This document shows, one piece after another, positions 25,930 through 39,359 of a stretch of 64,000 bases of DNA; positions within the stretch are counted from its first letter, which is position 1; each line of letters begins with the position of its first letter. The stretch is taken from the NCBI GenBank assembly GCA_028534125.1, contig CM052817.1, forward strand, positions 73,162,001 through 73,226,000, written 5' to 3'. The notes beneath the pieces are model-generated. The model had not been told where the DNA came from, ran no database searches, and saw nothing but the letters and a program-made list of their open reading frames with translations. The position numbers and the translations under genes were made by a program. Origin of the DNA: Lama glama (Eukaryota).

Positions 25930-28900
25930 CATTTGGGACTCATCATTTTCAAAAAAATAACAAACTAGCGACCATCTGTTAGGACTTCCTGTACACCAAC
26001 ATTACGTGGACTAGCTCATTTAACTCTATTTAGAAATTAAAGGTACTTAAGTCCACAAGCTAATAAACATTAGAAGTGGGATTTAAACCAAAGCTGACTG
26101 ATCCCCAGGCCCAGGCATGTGAGTGTTTGAATTTAACTTTTCTATTTACTGTGATAGAGCAATGTGAATGGGAGCTCGAGTATATTACAACACATATAGA
26201 AAGATGTCACTATTGCCTCTTAAACTGTTCAGAAATTGTGCTTATATAGAATATATCCTGATCCCCTGACTCCCACCTTGCCAACTACCTCACTTTTTCT
26301 CAGCTCTTCAGCATGCTCTTCCCAGCTGTGGAAGATTCTAGGCACAGCTTGAAACGATGAAATATTGTATATATATTTTTTAATGGATTATTCAGGCAGA
26401 CCCTTTTATGACCACATCTATGATGAGGATTGGGGGAAAGGTTAACATTTTAACATACTACTTTCTTCTTCTTACCAAAAAAAAAAAAAAAAGGCAGGGA
26501 TTGAGATGTATCTTAACCACATGCACACAAATAGGAATTTAAAACTAGTTGTTCTTTGTCTATAAAAGAGTTTCTTCATTCATCAACATTAACTCGACAA
26601 ATATTTATTGAGCTCTTACTATGTGGGAGGCACTGTTACGAGTGCTGGAGATAACTTCAAAGCACGAGGGCACACACATCCTACTGGAGATTACATTCTG
26701 GTGAGGGAAAACAAGGTAAACAAAATAAGTTACCAAAATAGTACACTCTTTGGTGATCAGTGTGAGAAAAATAAAAATGGTTGGACCTTTCCAAAGTAAT
26801 GTACATAACTGGACAAGAGTAAAAGAATCATATATGTATTCAATACATTGTCTCCACCTGAATTAATATCTAAAAGTCTTTCAACTTATAAAGGGAAAAA
26901 GATCATTTGTTGACTCAGATCTCTCGAGTCTCTGCATTGTAAGGGGAAAATCAAACCTCTTTAATAAAACATCCATATTTTTGTAACTTTTAATGAATTT
27001 CAGTGGCAGAGGAGTATGCTTCATCCAGCCTTTGAAAAATAAGTACTATTCTGAGGTGAAGCTAGAAGAACACTGGTTAATAAGGAATGAAGTAAAATTC
27101 CGGACTGCTATTCTTGGGCTGGTTCATTCAGTTTTCACCACCTCTCTGCCGCTCTACAACTTTCTGCTCTGAGGCCCACCCTCTCCCCTCTTCAGCAAAC
27201 CAGACCATCATGTTAATAAGAGTTGATTTGTAAATAGCGTCTCCCTCACGCCATCCCCACCCCCCTTTGGCCAGGCTCCTACTTTCCTGCTCAATGGCGC
27301 AGATGCGGCTTCGCGCTGACTGGGACCAGGCAGCTATTAGCAGCAAATCCAGTGAGGGAAATTAATGAAGGGGACAACTAATAAAAGACAGCTCAGGACA
27401 GCCAGACTAACTTGCTCCGAGCAGTAATTAACTTTTTTCTTTTCTTTCCCTTTTTTTTTTTTTTTTTTAGCTCATGAAGGTAAATATGCCATCGGCACTG
27501 GTCCAGTCTAACTCTTCTTTATTAAAAAGGAGAGAGCAGAGCTATTCATGGGGAGCTGAGACTTAATCTGTTTCCCCTCCAAGAAGAACAATTTTAAATT
27601 ACTTGTGTGATGTGTTTGTAGATCCATGATGCCAAAATCAAGAGACACCTTTAAAGACGAGGTAGAAAGGAGGCAGGTAAAGAAATATAAGTCTCTGAAT
27701 AAAAGAAATAGTCATCCCCTGCTTGGAGGCAGCTGGAAAGAGAGAATCTTTTCTAAAGTTTTGCTTTTCTTCTCCCAAAAATGATTGGCTTCTTCTGTTC
27801 AATGCAAGTGGTAAATAAAAAATAAGATTGGATTTAAAGCACTGGCAAGTCTTAGATGTCAGTGTTAAATACTTGCCTAGCTTGAGGGATATTTCAGTTG
27901 CCTTCCTCACACCTCCAGTTTCCATTGGTAAAGGCAGTTATAAAAGGCAACTTAAAATTTGGTTTCTTCGTCTATTTTTGAAAATTTACACAGCACTTCT
28001 GAGGATATGTCTTCTGAAAATATCCATATCAATATAAAACCGTTAGGGCTAATGCAGAAGTGTTTCTGAAAACAAACCTATTGTATTTTATTAAAACTTT
28101 GAAAATTAGAGCTAGAAGAGACTTGGGAAATATCTAGTCTTATTAGGTTTCTCAGGCAAAGAGACTTACTCATGATCACACAGCAGATCAGTAGCAAAAA
28201 GGACTCTCATCAATTCAGCCTCTTGACTTAATCCAGTGCTCTGGCCTCCCCAAATTGAAAAGTGTCATCACATACTCTAAGGAATTAATTAATTATAGGA
28301 CTTCAGTTAAATGTGTGATTTAACTACACTGTCCCCTTATAGGCTTGGGTACAACAGGATCAAAAAACGCTATCACACTGAGTTTTTTCCATAGCGTCCC
28401 AGGAATCAATCTACTCTTCAAACTAGCCTCCAGAACCTATGGAAACACCTCAATCACATCCTGGGTAGAATGAGGCAAACACGTAATTATATGTAGGGCT
28501 CTCTCAAGAACAGATGTCTTCTTCATTCAAGAAGGGCAGGTACCCAGATAGTGGATGCCCTCCTGCAAAATTGCCATCAATCAATAGCACTATACAAAGA
28601 GACTACAGCCCCATATTATTATTTCCCACAAGACAGCAGAAAGTCTGGGTGTGGCCAGTGACAGAACTTTATACATGCTTACTCCTACATCAGTCGTATG
28701 GAGAAATAAAAATTAAAATTTATTAAAATAAAATAGAGAAAAATGGAGACAAACGACACTGCTTTAAAAACAAAGAAAGAATAGTGGTATATACTTAAAA
28801 CTACTAAACAATACACTCAAAAATGGTTAAGATGATTTTTAAAAATCACTCGGGATGGCTATAGACTTTGAGGCATAAAGCTTTCTTGCACAACAAAAAT

Positions 28901-31699
28901 TAAAAACAAAAATGGCTTTTATAACAGAATCTGCAAGCTATTCAGAGGTGACCCACCATGTTTTATAGACTTTTTTTTTGCTACAAATAAGTTTTACAGT
29001 CTTCAAATAAATATACGTCCATATTAATCGAACTGGGCTATTATATGCAACAATAATCATCAGATATTAGTAGCTTTTAACTCACGAAGTTTTTCTTCCT
29101 CAGTAATATCCATTGTGAGTTGAACTGACTCACAACAACCATTGTTCTTCACATAATCACTCAGAAGCCCAACCAGCTGTGCTATTTTGGCCTCCCCATC
29201 TCAAAAGAAGAGGAAGATAGAGACCAGAGATGGAGCCCCACTCTGCTGTAAGGGGCCTGAGCTTGCACCTTAAGGTTGGAACATCAGATATTGGTGGAGA
29301 CTAGAAACATCCTCCAAGCTATCCAGCAGCAGAATCTTGTCTTGATGGAATGAAATGAAATCACAGGCTTTGAATAAGAGTTCCAGAGTAGGATACAGAT
29401 AGTACCAATGAAATTCTGTTTCCTAGAACATGCAGGAATATTGCCTAGTGTATATAAGCCACTCTCGGGACAAAAAATAGTCCTACTCAAACAGTGATGC
29501 AGTGCTGAAGGGCAATGGCTGAAGGCTGTGACTGTTACAGACTCTGAGACACAGTGAAGATACCATGTGGTGTAATCATAGCTGTCTGGTTTAATGTTAG
29601 TAGGAGACTCCTAATCCCTTCAAATATGCTATCAAAATTCTAAAGTGTGTCATGAATACCAAAAAGTTGAGAAGCCTAACATTTATGAAAACTCTCCTAG
29701 TTCCTTGCAAAAGATCTTGTAACATCACTTACTTTGCTGGGGTAGAAAAAGGGAGACATTGAAGAAAATTGAACTTCGGTATCTTCTCAGTGGAAAGATA
29801 TAGAACTAGGAATCATCTGGAGAGCTATGACCACTAGCTGTCAATGTAGGCATTTGCTCCAGCCTGCTTTGTAATGTATTCTCACCATTGTTATCTTATA
29901 CACATTGTTATCAAAGACGTGAGTACCCGAGAGTTTCAGAATAATGTGAAGGTGAGGTGGGTACCTCTGGCCAGTGTCTTCATCAGTTCAGCTTCATCTT
30001 CTGTAGTTTGGAACGATTTTACTCTGGGAAAACTCTCAGAAGTCTACACAACTCTCCCTGGTGTAGGGGAGCAGAACAGTCTAACATTGCAGAACAGTTT
30101 TGCCCAAATAGAGCTTAATCCTCTTTAAATTATTTGCTTACAGAAAAATAAGACTCAGTGTTCGCTACACTCTTTTTGATACTTCCCAGACTGAAGATGT
30201 CAGATGGCCTCTCCTAGGTCTACTGAAAATGACAGAAACTTTCTTTGCAAAGCCATCACAAGCTCTACTGGCAAGGCTTTACTGTGCAGTGCCCATGTGG
30301 CAGATATAGTGAAACATTTCCTTCTAATCCTCCTAAATCCAGAAACACTGGATTTGAGCTCAACACTTTTAAGTTGCTTTACTGCCCTATCAGCAAAATC
30401 GTGTTTTCTTTGTCTATGCCAAGGTGCTGCCATGGCAATTTGAGAGTTAAGGAAGATATTCTTAGTTTAGATAGGCTTGATTCAAAAAACATTTTTGATC
30501 ATGTCCTAGGCACTCTAATATAAAAGAAGTATTAATGTATTAATACAATACTTATCTAAAGTTTATAGTTAGACTTTCCTCCACATAGTTTCAAAGGTAT
30601 GTTCAAGGTTTCACCTCATTTGATTTCTTTTCCAAAATTATCTGGAAAATAAGGCAAAATGAATATCATATCTTCACATTGAATCAATCTTCTTGTATAT
30701 GTTCGCCTGTACTGTTTCAATATATGTAAAAGGTAGAAAAAAACACAAAATCAAAGTTATTCCAGAATTCCTCACTTTTTAATTATTTCAGTGCATGGCA
30801 AGATTTATGTATTATAGAAAGAAAGCAAGCCCATGGGGTTACTCTTTTGTCACAGTGGCACTAGTTTGGCTTCTTTCTGCTATTCTTATACCAGGGAGGC
30901 AATAAACCCCCTTGAGAGTCATAGAGCTGCCTGTGGAGCCCTGACAGCGCAGAGAAGCTTTTATACCAAAACACAATGCACAAAGAGATCATAAACACAT
31001 TTGAAAAGGAAGATGACCTCTTTGTCACAAGGAATTAGGCTTTATTGCAAGCTGCTCCCATGGAAACCAGCCCCCAGTTTTCTCTGCTTATTTTGTAGGT
31101 TCCTGTCTGCATTTAACATAGACTTCAGCACTTTAATTGTTTCTAGATGAAGATAGCTGAAAGTCTTCAGCTCTTTGCTCCATTGTTTAACGTCTCCAGG
31201 TATGCTTCCAGGTCCTGGAGTGAAAGGAAATGAAGGTGATGATAGAATCATTAGAAAGGAAGGAGAAATAAAGGGAACTACTGGTGGAACAGTCTGTTCT
31301 ACAATTCAATAAGGTATGTACTTACTGAATCCTTGAAAGTCCAGCTACAGTCCCAACAACCTCCTCGGAGATGTGTCCTTTGAAATAACTAACTTTTTGC
31401 CTCTTGATTTCTTACACCTACAGTGTCTACCAGGTAATGTGACTCGAAAGGGCCCTCAAAATCGAAACAAAATTAAAAGTATGTTCCATCGGGAAGAATC
31501 TTGGATCCCAAGTCTTTTTGTTTCATAAGAAGTGTGATTTTTGTGAGAAACTTGATATGAAGAAAACTGATTGCTTATACAGTTATAGCCTTGAAAAGAA
31601 AAAGGGAAAGATTAAGTTTTTTTAAAAGTTGATAATGAGCTAAACAACCTTGAAGCTCTGCATCCAAAGCTGGTGGGACACCTGAAGAATGGCCTGGGG

Positions 31700-33900
31700 T
31701 CCAGCTCAGTGAGATGCGGGAACTCGGAGGAGGGCCAGAGAATGGGATCCTGGTAGCACAGGGACTTCGCGGATCTTTCTCCTTTCCCGCTTGCATCCCG
31801 CCTCCACCTCCCTCCTGGATTCCTGCGCTCTGGTCCCGCGAGGCTGAGCGTTTTCTCCCACAGGTGAGACCCACCCAGGGTGGAGGGCAGAGCTGGCACC
31901 TGTCCGTTTGTTCAGGCAGCACCGGCCTTTCACATGATGTTCCTAGTCAATAATCCAAGTTGATTTTTCCCCTCTTCGCGCTTGAGGGGCTAGAGAAGCC
32001 AGGTGCGAGCGAAAGCAGACGGAACAGGAGCACTCCCATCGCCTTCCCTCCTCCCGCGACCCTGGCACCGAGAGGGGGAAAAAAAAGTCATTTATTGTAG
32101 CGCACACACCATCAGGATTCTTTCCCACTCCATCCTCCGATTCACGCCACCTTGCAGGGAAATAATAGCTCCGGACACACTGGCTTTCCCGATCTGTTAT
32201 TCGGATGACTGAATTTCTTTGCTCCTCTCTCCGGTCGGGGACCATCTGAAACTGCCCTCAAGTTGCGTTCCCAGGGGACCTCCCCCCTCGCCCGGATTCC
32301 AGTCGGGGACCAAAGAGCAGCTCAATTAGGCGTCCTCCGTAAGACGACCCTCATCCAGATTGGATAAACCAAACTGGGAAAAGAAAAACGGGTGGGGGAT
32401 GAGAACAGTTCCTGTAGGCCTCGCCCCTCCTTGGCGTCGGCGGACCCCTGGGGGTGCCCACTGCGAGCCACGTGAGGAGGCCCCAAGGGAGGAGCACCCC
32501 CACCCAAGAGCTTTGGAAAAGAAACTGCCGAGAACAATGAACCCCGAAGGGCAGAGGGAGGTGGAGGAGGGAGAGAAGCCTAGCCTTCCACCCTCTCCTC
32601 ATTTTTTTTTTTTTGGACATTCTTTAGGTTTAATCATTAAAGTGGATCCTTTAAAGAAAAAAAAAAGGAGACCTCAGCTTAACTTCTGACAATCTTCACC
32701 ACACACTGTCAGCGAAGTGAAAGATCTGGATAGAGCTTTGTTGCTTCACTACCAATAGCAGACTGAGGGAGACCAAGCCTCGGATTTCTGGCCACATCAA
32801 AGCAGTGATTATGCAAATACCCATTTTTTTAAAGAATAAAATGGAGGGGGAATTATTTATCACACAATGAACCCCCTGCCAGGGCGGGAAACAATAGATC
32901 AGACCAGATAGCCCTTCTAGCCCCAGGCTGGGGGAGCGGGCAGGGGGGTGTTGGAGCCCTCACGTTTTATTGGTCTAACCTAATTTCACTAATTCTCTTT
33001 TCACACATTTTCTTTTGCGGATTCGGAGGCCGAGACTTTCACGCTCCCGGGAGCGCCCTGCATTGGCGCGATTCAAGGGCTGCCTGCTTTATTTAATTAA
33101 TACATTCAAAGCTCGCCTGGGACCCGAGAGCCTGGGGGTGGAGGGAGAGGCCGAGGCCGGGCGTGAGGAGGAGGCGCTTTTAACGGGTTCCAGGTGTCGA
33201 TGCCCAGAAGTCACAATCTGCCCAAGGCTGTGCGATGCAGGGAGTGCAGGCGGCGGGCGGCGGCTCGCTACTCCCAGCCTCTCCAGCAGACCCGACCCGG
33301 ACGCTAGGGTGGGCGCGGCTGAAGCGGGCCTTGGGCCTAGATGCACTTCGCGGGTAACGGGCCGATTGGACCCTCGCTCCATCCCGGCCAAGGCCTCCTG
33401 GGGCCTTCCGACAACCTCGCCTCCACCCGGCCCGCACGCCTCGATCTGGGAGGGCGCCCACCGGGCTCCTGCCCCAGTGCGGCCGGGCCCCGGGCGCCCC
33501 AGCCTGGAACTGGGCCCGCGGCAGGCCCAGCGGTTGGTAGCCCGCCTCTCTGGTTCCGTTTTTTCTTCCTTGTTGGCCTTCAGATGGATTTATTTTAAAT
33601 CTAGTGAAGAAAAAAAAATCAGCCTTAACAAGGCCTGGGTACTTCAGGACAAATAAATACAACCAGTGCCCGAAGCCTGGAGGCGCCGAAGCGACGCTCC
33701 AACCAGGACAAGAGCAGCTCTCGCACCTCTCCGCGCTTAGGTAAACACGCGCCGCGAGCCCTTGGCGCTGGAAAGAGCTGGCAACTCGGGCGGTTTGGGA
33801 CTGTTATCAGAAGAACGTCTCCATGGCCTTGCTTGAAACGTCTCTCAGCAGACAGCTTCAGAAATAGAATGGCTTGACTCAGATGCCCACGCGCCCGCTT
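31700..33900. promoter_or_regulatory. CpG-rich region 3' of NEUROG2 with an embedded enhancer-like core
   Basis: CpG-dense blocks at ~31700-32480 and ~33010-33900 flank an AT-richer motif cluster (TCF/LEF, octamer, SOX). Confidence 0.65.
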
Positions 33901-35646
33901 GGCGCAGACACAGCCAGCTCGTCACAGGGAGGTCACAACGTGGGGAGGGAAATGGATGGAATGGAAGAGCGCCTGTGTTCCCTAGTGCAGAAGCTCCGAG
34001 CTGGAGTTCTCATTCCGACAGAGGAGGGGAGAGGACGGCTGGGCCTCAGCCCACAAGCTGTGGAGGTTGCAGCGGGCTGGGAAGGAGAATTCCCAGCGCG
34101 AGAGGCAGAAAGAGCATCACTCTTAACTGCTTAAAGTGATTAGACACCATAAAAATTAATTGCACCAATTTAGTGTAAAACAAGGTCTGCTGTAGATGGG
34201 GAAGAGAAAGCCTGAGATCGCAGGTGGTAGACAGAATTCCTGCCACGTATGTCATGCTACTGATGTGTAAAGGGACCTACAATCTCTCATTGAACGGGTC
34301 TCGTCCTGGAGAAATTGTGTGGAGGTACCTGCACCTGAGGATTTGCCTCCACAGACCTGTGTCATGAACTGTTCCCTTGGCAAATTTCACAGAGAAGCAT
34401 CCTACAGCCACCACAAGCAGCATCATCCCTGAGAGAACAGTTGTTTGGCATTAAAACTGTGATGTCTTAAAGCTCTCCTACTGCAACTGCTCTGCTTGCT
34501 GGTTTGGCTTCTTGACCACCACAAACATAAATATGAATGTAAGAGAAATATCTCTTTCTCCTCTTATCAGATAATCAAGGATGACTAAGAAAAATACAAT
34601 CTTTAAACTAGAAGGGGTTTTCCAACAGGTCTCCCTTATATCTAGAGATGAAAAATTCTGGGCTGTTTCTTCCTTTGATAAAAATGGAGTTATTAAGAAA
34701 TTAAACACTTAGTACTTTCCACATGGATTAAGAGAAAGAGTAGTTTCATATAAACATCTCAGATTTATTATTGCTTTATGCATAGGAGTGGAGGATTTAG
34801 CTCAAACTGGAAGCAGATATGAAATTCATGGGGGTAGGGGAGACTGTGAACAACCAACATTTCTTTGCCCACATGATCTTTTTCCAGCTTGTGTTGTCCT
34901 GGACACCCTCTCCTAAGAGGCTTACATTTAGATTATGGCCAACCTTCACTTGGTCATCTTTGATCCAAGGCCAGTCAAAGGTCATTCATTTCTGCTTTGG
35001 AGATTGATGTGGAAGTTATAGAATTCTGTATCCTGGAGATTAGGAAACCATTTTTGCTTTCTTTTTGAAGCAGTTTTGACTATGTAACTGCTTTAACAAA
35101 GATTGGATTAGCTACTATGAAATCAGCTTCCAATAATGAATTTATAAATACTCAGTTACATCACAGATGTTAGAGCTGGAAGGGGCCCTTAGAGATCACT
35201 GTCCAATCCCTTTAGTTTACAGATAACTGAAGTCAAAGAAGTGAAATGTAAGAATCAAATTTCTACATACTCTACCAAGAAATTTCAACTTCACTATTTT
35301 TTAAAATCAATGTTTCTGTACTTTGGTGCTTATTATGGCAGTTATCATTTAAATCCTGTTTTAAAACTAATTTTGTTTGCCCAGAAATTGAGTTCTTAAA
35401 AATCAAATTTTGTTTGTATTGAGACTTACACTTTTATGTCAGTGTTAGTGTATTCAGCCTCCTGTGGTTGCTTAGAGTTTATGTCACTGAAATTGTACAC
35501 ACAAACATTGAGGGAAAAATACAATTGCTCTACTCAATTTGATATAGGGAGAATTTCAGAAAAATGCAACTCGTTCTTCTACATAAGCAGGAAAAAGTTA
35601 TAATACAACACACATAAATTATGAAAATTAGATATTGTATTTATAG

Positions 35647-35652
35647 TTTAAT
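35647..35652 (-). terminator. NEUROG2: Candidate NEUROG2 polyadenylation signal (ATTAAA)
   Basis: tttaat on the + strand at the end of an AT-rich 3' UTR-like tract, implying a gene of about 2.6 kb; inferred, no transcript evidence. Confidence 0.5.
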
Positions 35653-36748
35653 CACATGAACAATTTTCTTGTTCTTCCAAGATGTAAATACATACTAGAA
35701 TAAACTCTGTAGAATATACAAAAAATACATACTTTCCCCATGAAAATTTTCTTTATAATAAATAGAAGGAAACACGTGTGTGGCTGATCCTGATAATGCT
35801 CCGTGTCTGCTTAGGTTTTCAGTCTGTTGATTTAATTTTAATCTCTTAAAAGAATGGGGGAGTTCCTTCTCCCCTAAAAGGTCGAGATAAATAATGCATG
35901 AAGCAATCCTCCCTCCTGATTTTTCCCTTTTCCTCCACATTTTTCCTTTTGATAGAGAGTTCAGCCTAAATTTCCACGCTTGCATTCAATCATTACAAAG
36001 CCTACAAATTATACAATGACTTCTAACCTGGCCCTCTAACAAAACAACTTTTTTCCCCTTATAAATCATAAGAGACAGATGGCAAAATGGAGAAGAAAAA
36101 GGGAAGAGAAGAGCAGGACAATAGGCATTGTGACGAATCTGGGAAACAGAACAAAGTGCACATCAGAGAGAGAAAGTTTGGTTTGACAGGTGAAATTCCC
36201 ACAGCCTGCAGACAGCAATGGGAATAAAGCAGATGCCAGCCATTGCAAATCTGTGGATAATATTATTACCAGTAAAATCATTCAGATGCTAAGATACGTT
36301 TCTTTCTACTCGACATTAACATCTCTATGTAGAAGCAAAGGTGAAGAGATCACAGGAACCAGTTGCATTCCCCCTGGGAGATTCACACGAACTGAGCCGA
36401 GAGAGGGGAGGAGCGTCAGTCTGCTCTGCACTCTTTAGACATGCCACCTTCATCTCTTCCCAGCATCTTTCTAGACTTAAGGAGTCTCCCCGCTTCCAAA
36501 CTCTACCATCCTTTGACAGTAAGCTCCATCACACGCTCAATAAATTAGAGCCCATCTGAATGAAGGAAACCCTTAGCCCAGGAATGCAACAAACAACCGA
36601 GGAATGGGACCGGCTACAACTGCTCTGAGAAGCTAGATGGATTCCAGGGCGTGGGAGGTGGGGACAAGAGAGGGGTGGGAGGAATGCTTGACTGGGGACA
36701 GGAAAGGGAACCCCCTAAGGCCTGGCGTGGGTAGAAGAGATGGCGGCT

Positions 36749-37567
36749 CTAGATACAGTCCCTAACTACGGGGAGGTGAGGTGCGTAGCGGTGTTTGTCG
36801 GTAGGTGGAGGCTGCCAATAGTCCATGTCTGAACCCGCCGGGCTGGCAGGAGATAAAGTGCAGCTGTAGGGAGAAGTGGAGTTGGAGGACGCGGAGGAGG
36901 ACGGCGCGGGGCTGTTGGTGCAGCTCCACATGGAGGCAGGCGAAGGGCTATCTCCGCTGCTGCTCAGGCCGGCGCTAGCGCCTCCTGGGCTCAGCAACAC
37001 CGTCTCGGAGAAGAGCGCCCCCGGCAGGCCTCCCCCGGCGCCCCCGCAGTGGTCGGCCAGGCGCAGGGTCTCGGTGAGCGCCCAGATGTAGTTGTGGGCG
37101 AAACGCAAGGTCTCGATCTTGGTGAGCTTGGCGTCCTCGGGGAAAGTGGGGAGCACCTCACGCAGAGCGTCCAGCGCCGCGTTGAGGTTGTGCATGCGGT
37201 TGCGCTCGCGGTTGTTGGCCTTCAGTCTACGGGTCTTCTTGATGCGTTGCACCGTCTCGGCCGTCTTGGCTCCGCGGGAAACAGCCCGCGCCCTGGACGG
37301 GCGCCGTTTGCACTCGTGCACCAGACCCAGTAGCCGTGTGGGCCGACAGCCCTCGGCTCCGCCCGGCGAGCCGCCCCGCGCCGTGGGCCCGGCCTCTGCC
37401 GCACGCTGCCGACGCGCCCCGCCCGACGCGCCCAGCTCCTCCTCTTCTTCCTCGTCGGCGCTGGAAGACTGGGGTGTCAGAGCAGCCGAGGCGGGGGAGG
37501 TCGAGCCGAGCAGCACCAGCACGTCCTCTTCCTCCTTCAACTCCAAGCTCTCGGATTTGACAAACAT
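36749..37567 (-). CDS. NEUROG2: Neurogenin-2, proneural bHLH transcription factor, 272 aa ([15 protein letters not shown]...VVRDCI*)
   Basis: b[65 protein letters not shown]2-specific N-terminus MFVKSE and C-terminal SP-rich region. The ATG lies immediately after the acceptor ctccag|G. Confidence 0.98.
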   Translation of the reverse strand: MFVKSESLELKEEEDVLVLLGSTSPASAALTPQSSSADEEEEEELGASGGARRQRAAEAGPTARGGSPGGAEGCRPTRLLGLVHECKRRPSRARAVSRGAKTAETVQRIKKTRRLKANNRERNRMHNLNAALDALREVLPTFPEDAKLTKIETLRFAHNYIWALTETLRLADHCGGAGGGLPGALFSETVLLSPGGASAGLSSSGDSPSPASMWSCTNSPAPSSSASSNSTSPYSCTLSPASPAGSDMDYWQPPPTDKHRYAPHLPVVRDCI

Positions 37568-37903
37568 CCTGGAGAAGAGAGGTAGGGAGAAAGAACAAAA
37601 TGAGATGCAAATATAAAAGCAGAGGCACGTTATTGGAGCGCGCACCCGAGAAGATTGGCTCTGAACGGCGCCAAGGAGAAGCGTAGTTAGGGTGGAAACC
37701 CAGCTAGGGATCTCCAAGCTCAGGAGCGCCCCTCGTTGTGACCCCATCGCCGGCCAACTAGGTCCCGAATTCAGCGGGCGGTTCCCGAGAAGGGACTGAG
37801 GCCCCGCGACAAAGACACCGCGCGAGCAAAGGGCGTTCAGTTGTGGTGGGACAGAGTGCAGGAAACACCCTTACAAGTTGGAAGCCGCAGCGCGGATACT
37901 TAC

Positions 37904-38226
37904 TTAGTTCGCTCTGTGTGCTTCGGCGTCGCTCTTACTTTGGCGTGTGCCGTGATTCTCCACGCAGCCGGGAGCGCAGCGCTGCTCCTTCTGCCCGCTT
38001 GGAAGCAGCGGGCCTGGCGCTACTGCAGCGCGGCTCCGCAGGGGACCACTCCGACGGGCGAGTTTGCCAAGAGCCCCGGCGGCCGCGGCGACCTGCCCGG
38101 GTCTCGTGTGTTGTGGTGGTGGTGCGTGTCTGTCTGTCAGTCAGTCCCCGGCCGTGCGGCTCCTGGCACGCGACTCCCAGGCACTCCAGTTAAAGCGAAG
38201 CTGCTTGTGGTTCAGTGGCTGCGTGT
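37904..38226 (-). other. NEUROG2: NEUROG2 non-coding exon 1 (5' UTR); TSS position approximate
   Basis: Donor GTAAGT at 37903-37898 (- strand); intron runs to the pyrimidine tract and AG at 37570-37569; TATA box about 30 nt upstream of the inferred start. Confidence 0.75.
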
Positions 38227-38249
38227 CTGGCACACGACTCTCCTTAAAA

Positions 38250-38760
38250 CCCCTTATATACCACCAAGAAAACAATCAGATCTGCCCCCGGGGCCCCCAC
38301 CTCCCCCTACCCCCGGCCGCCGCCGCCTCCTCCTCCCGTCCTGTGCCGCCCCCCTCTTCTCCCCCGCTTCTCCCTCCCTGGCTTACTCTTTTCATTGCAT
38401 TATCATCATTCATTTCTTTCTCTTGCTTCACCCACTTCCCCCCTCCCCTGGCCCTGCCATCCATCCTCCTCCTCCTCTCATCACCCCCGCCTTCCTTTTC
38501 CCCCTTTATCTAATCAGCATAAAATGGTTCTAAAGCTCCTGTTGGAGCTCGAGGCTGCGGTCGGACTGCTGAAGCGGTGGCGGCGGCATCGGCTGAAGCT
38601 GCGGCTGTTGTCGCCGCCGCTGCCCATTGTGATTGGTGGCTCGCGCTCGGCTGGAGCGTGCCGCTAATTTATTAATGAATGGAGGTCGCGAGGCGCAGCT
38701 GGCCAATCAGGGCGCCCCAGACTCCAGGAGGCCTGCGAGCCACGCGCACCGGAGCCGCTC
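38250..38760 (-). promoter_or_regulatory. NEUROG2: NEUROG2 core/proximal promoter
   Basis: TATATAA at 38260-38254 (- strand); CCAAT boxes at 38632-38636 and 38703-38707; TAAT cluster at 38663-38680; HES class-C site CACGCG at 38741-38746 (another at 38167-38172). Confidence 0.8.
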
Positions 38761-39328
38761 CCTTTCAGCAGCTCATTAGGGGCCGGGGCGCTGGGGGGCC
38801 GGTGGGAGACCAGGGTGTCCGCCCCCGCCTGGGTCCTCGCGGCTGCACCCCCACCCCCACCCCGCCCAGCGCTCGCGCACGCACCGCACCCGGCGCTGCC
38901 CGGCCTCCTAGCTCCCGGACGTTGGGATCCGAGGAATTAGTTAATGGGGGTCAGAATCCCGGGGAAAGCAGTTAGCCCTCTGGTGCTGCTGGATGCCTCT
39001 TGGCAAAGCTTCTTAAGAGCTGTAGCAAATAGTAAACGATTTTAAACTCATTCATTTGGTTAAAAGAGAAATGGGGTGCGGGTGGCGAACTGTGGGCACA
39101 TGGTGTTTAGGTTCCAGAGAGGCTGCCGTGGGAGGGGGAAGAGAGAGGACGTTGGAGGATTCATAGAGGCGTCTCCAGCCAGGGGAGATCGAGTGAGGGA
39201 GCAGCTGATGGGCTTTTAGAGGATGTGATAATAAAAGCCCTCACATGTTAGAGCTGAAGTGGACCTCTCATTTTACCTGTGGCAAACTGAGGTACCAGAC
39301 ACTGATACAGGTGTTTGGTTTGGATTTG

Positions 39329-39359
39329 GCTGGTTGGTTGGTTGGTTGGTTGGTTGGTT
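39329..39359. repeat. (GGTT)n tetranucleotide microsatellite ~1.1 kb upstream of NEUROG2
   Basis: Directly visible. Confidence 0.95.

Larger units (their letters stand above)
36750..38930. promoter_or_regulatory. CpG island over NEUROG2 gene body and promoter
   Basis: Visibly high GC and dense CG dinucleotides compared with the CpG-depleted flanks; boundaries approximate. Confidence 0.9.

Noticed and set aside
33015..33656. 213-aa + strand ORF (and overlapping - strand ORFs)
   Set aside because: Non-ATG start, Arg/Pro/Gly/Ala-rich low-complexity product expected from stop-poor GC-rich DNA; no recognisable domain.
37841..38533. 230-aa ORF antisense to NEUROG2 exon 1 and promoter, plus antisense ORFs over the NEUROG2 CDS
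   Set aside because: CpG-island and shadow ORFs without domain features; antisense non-coding transcription cannot be judged from sequence alone.
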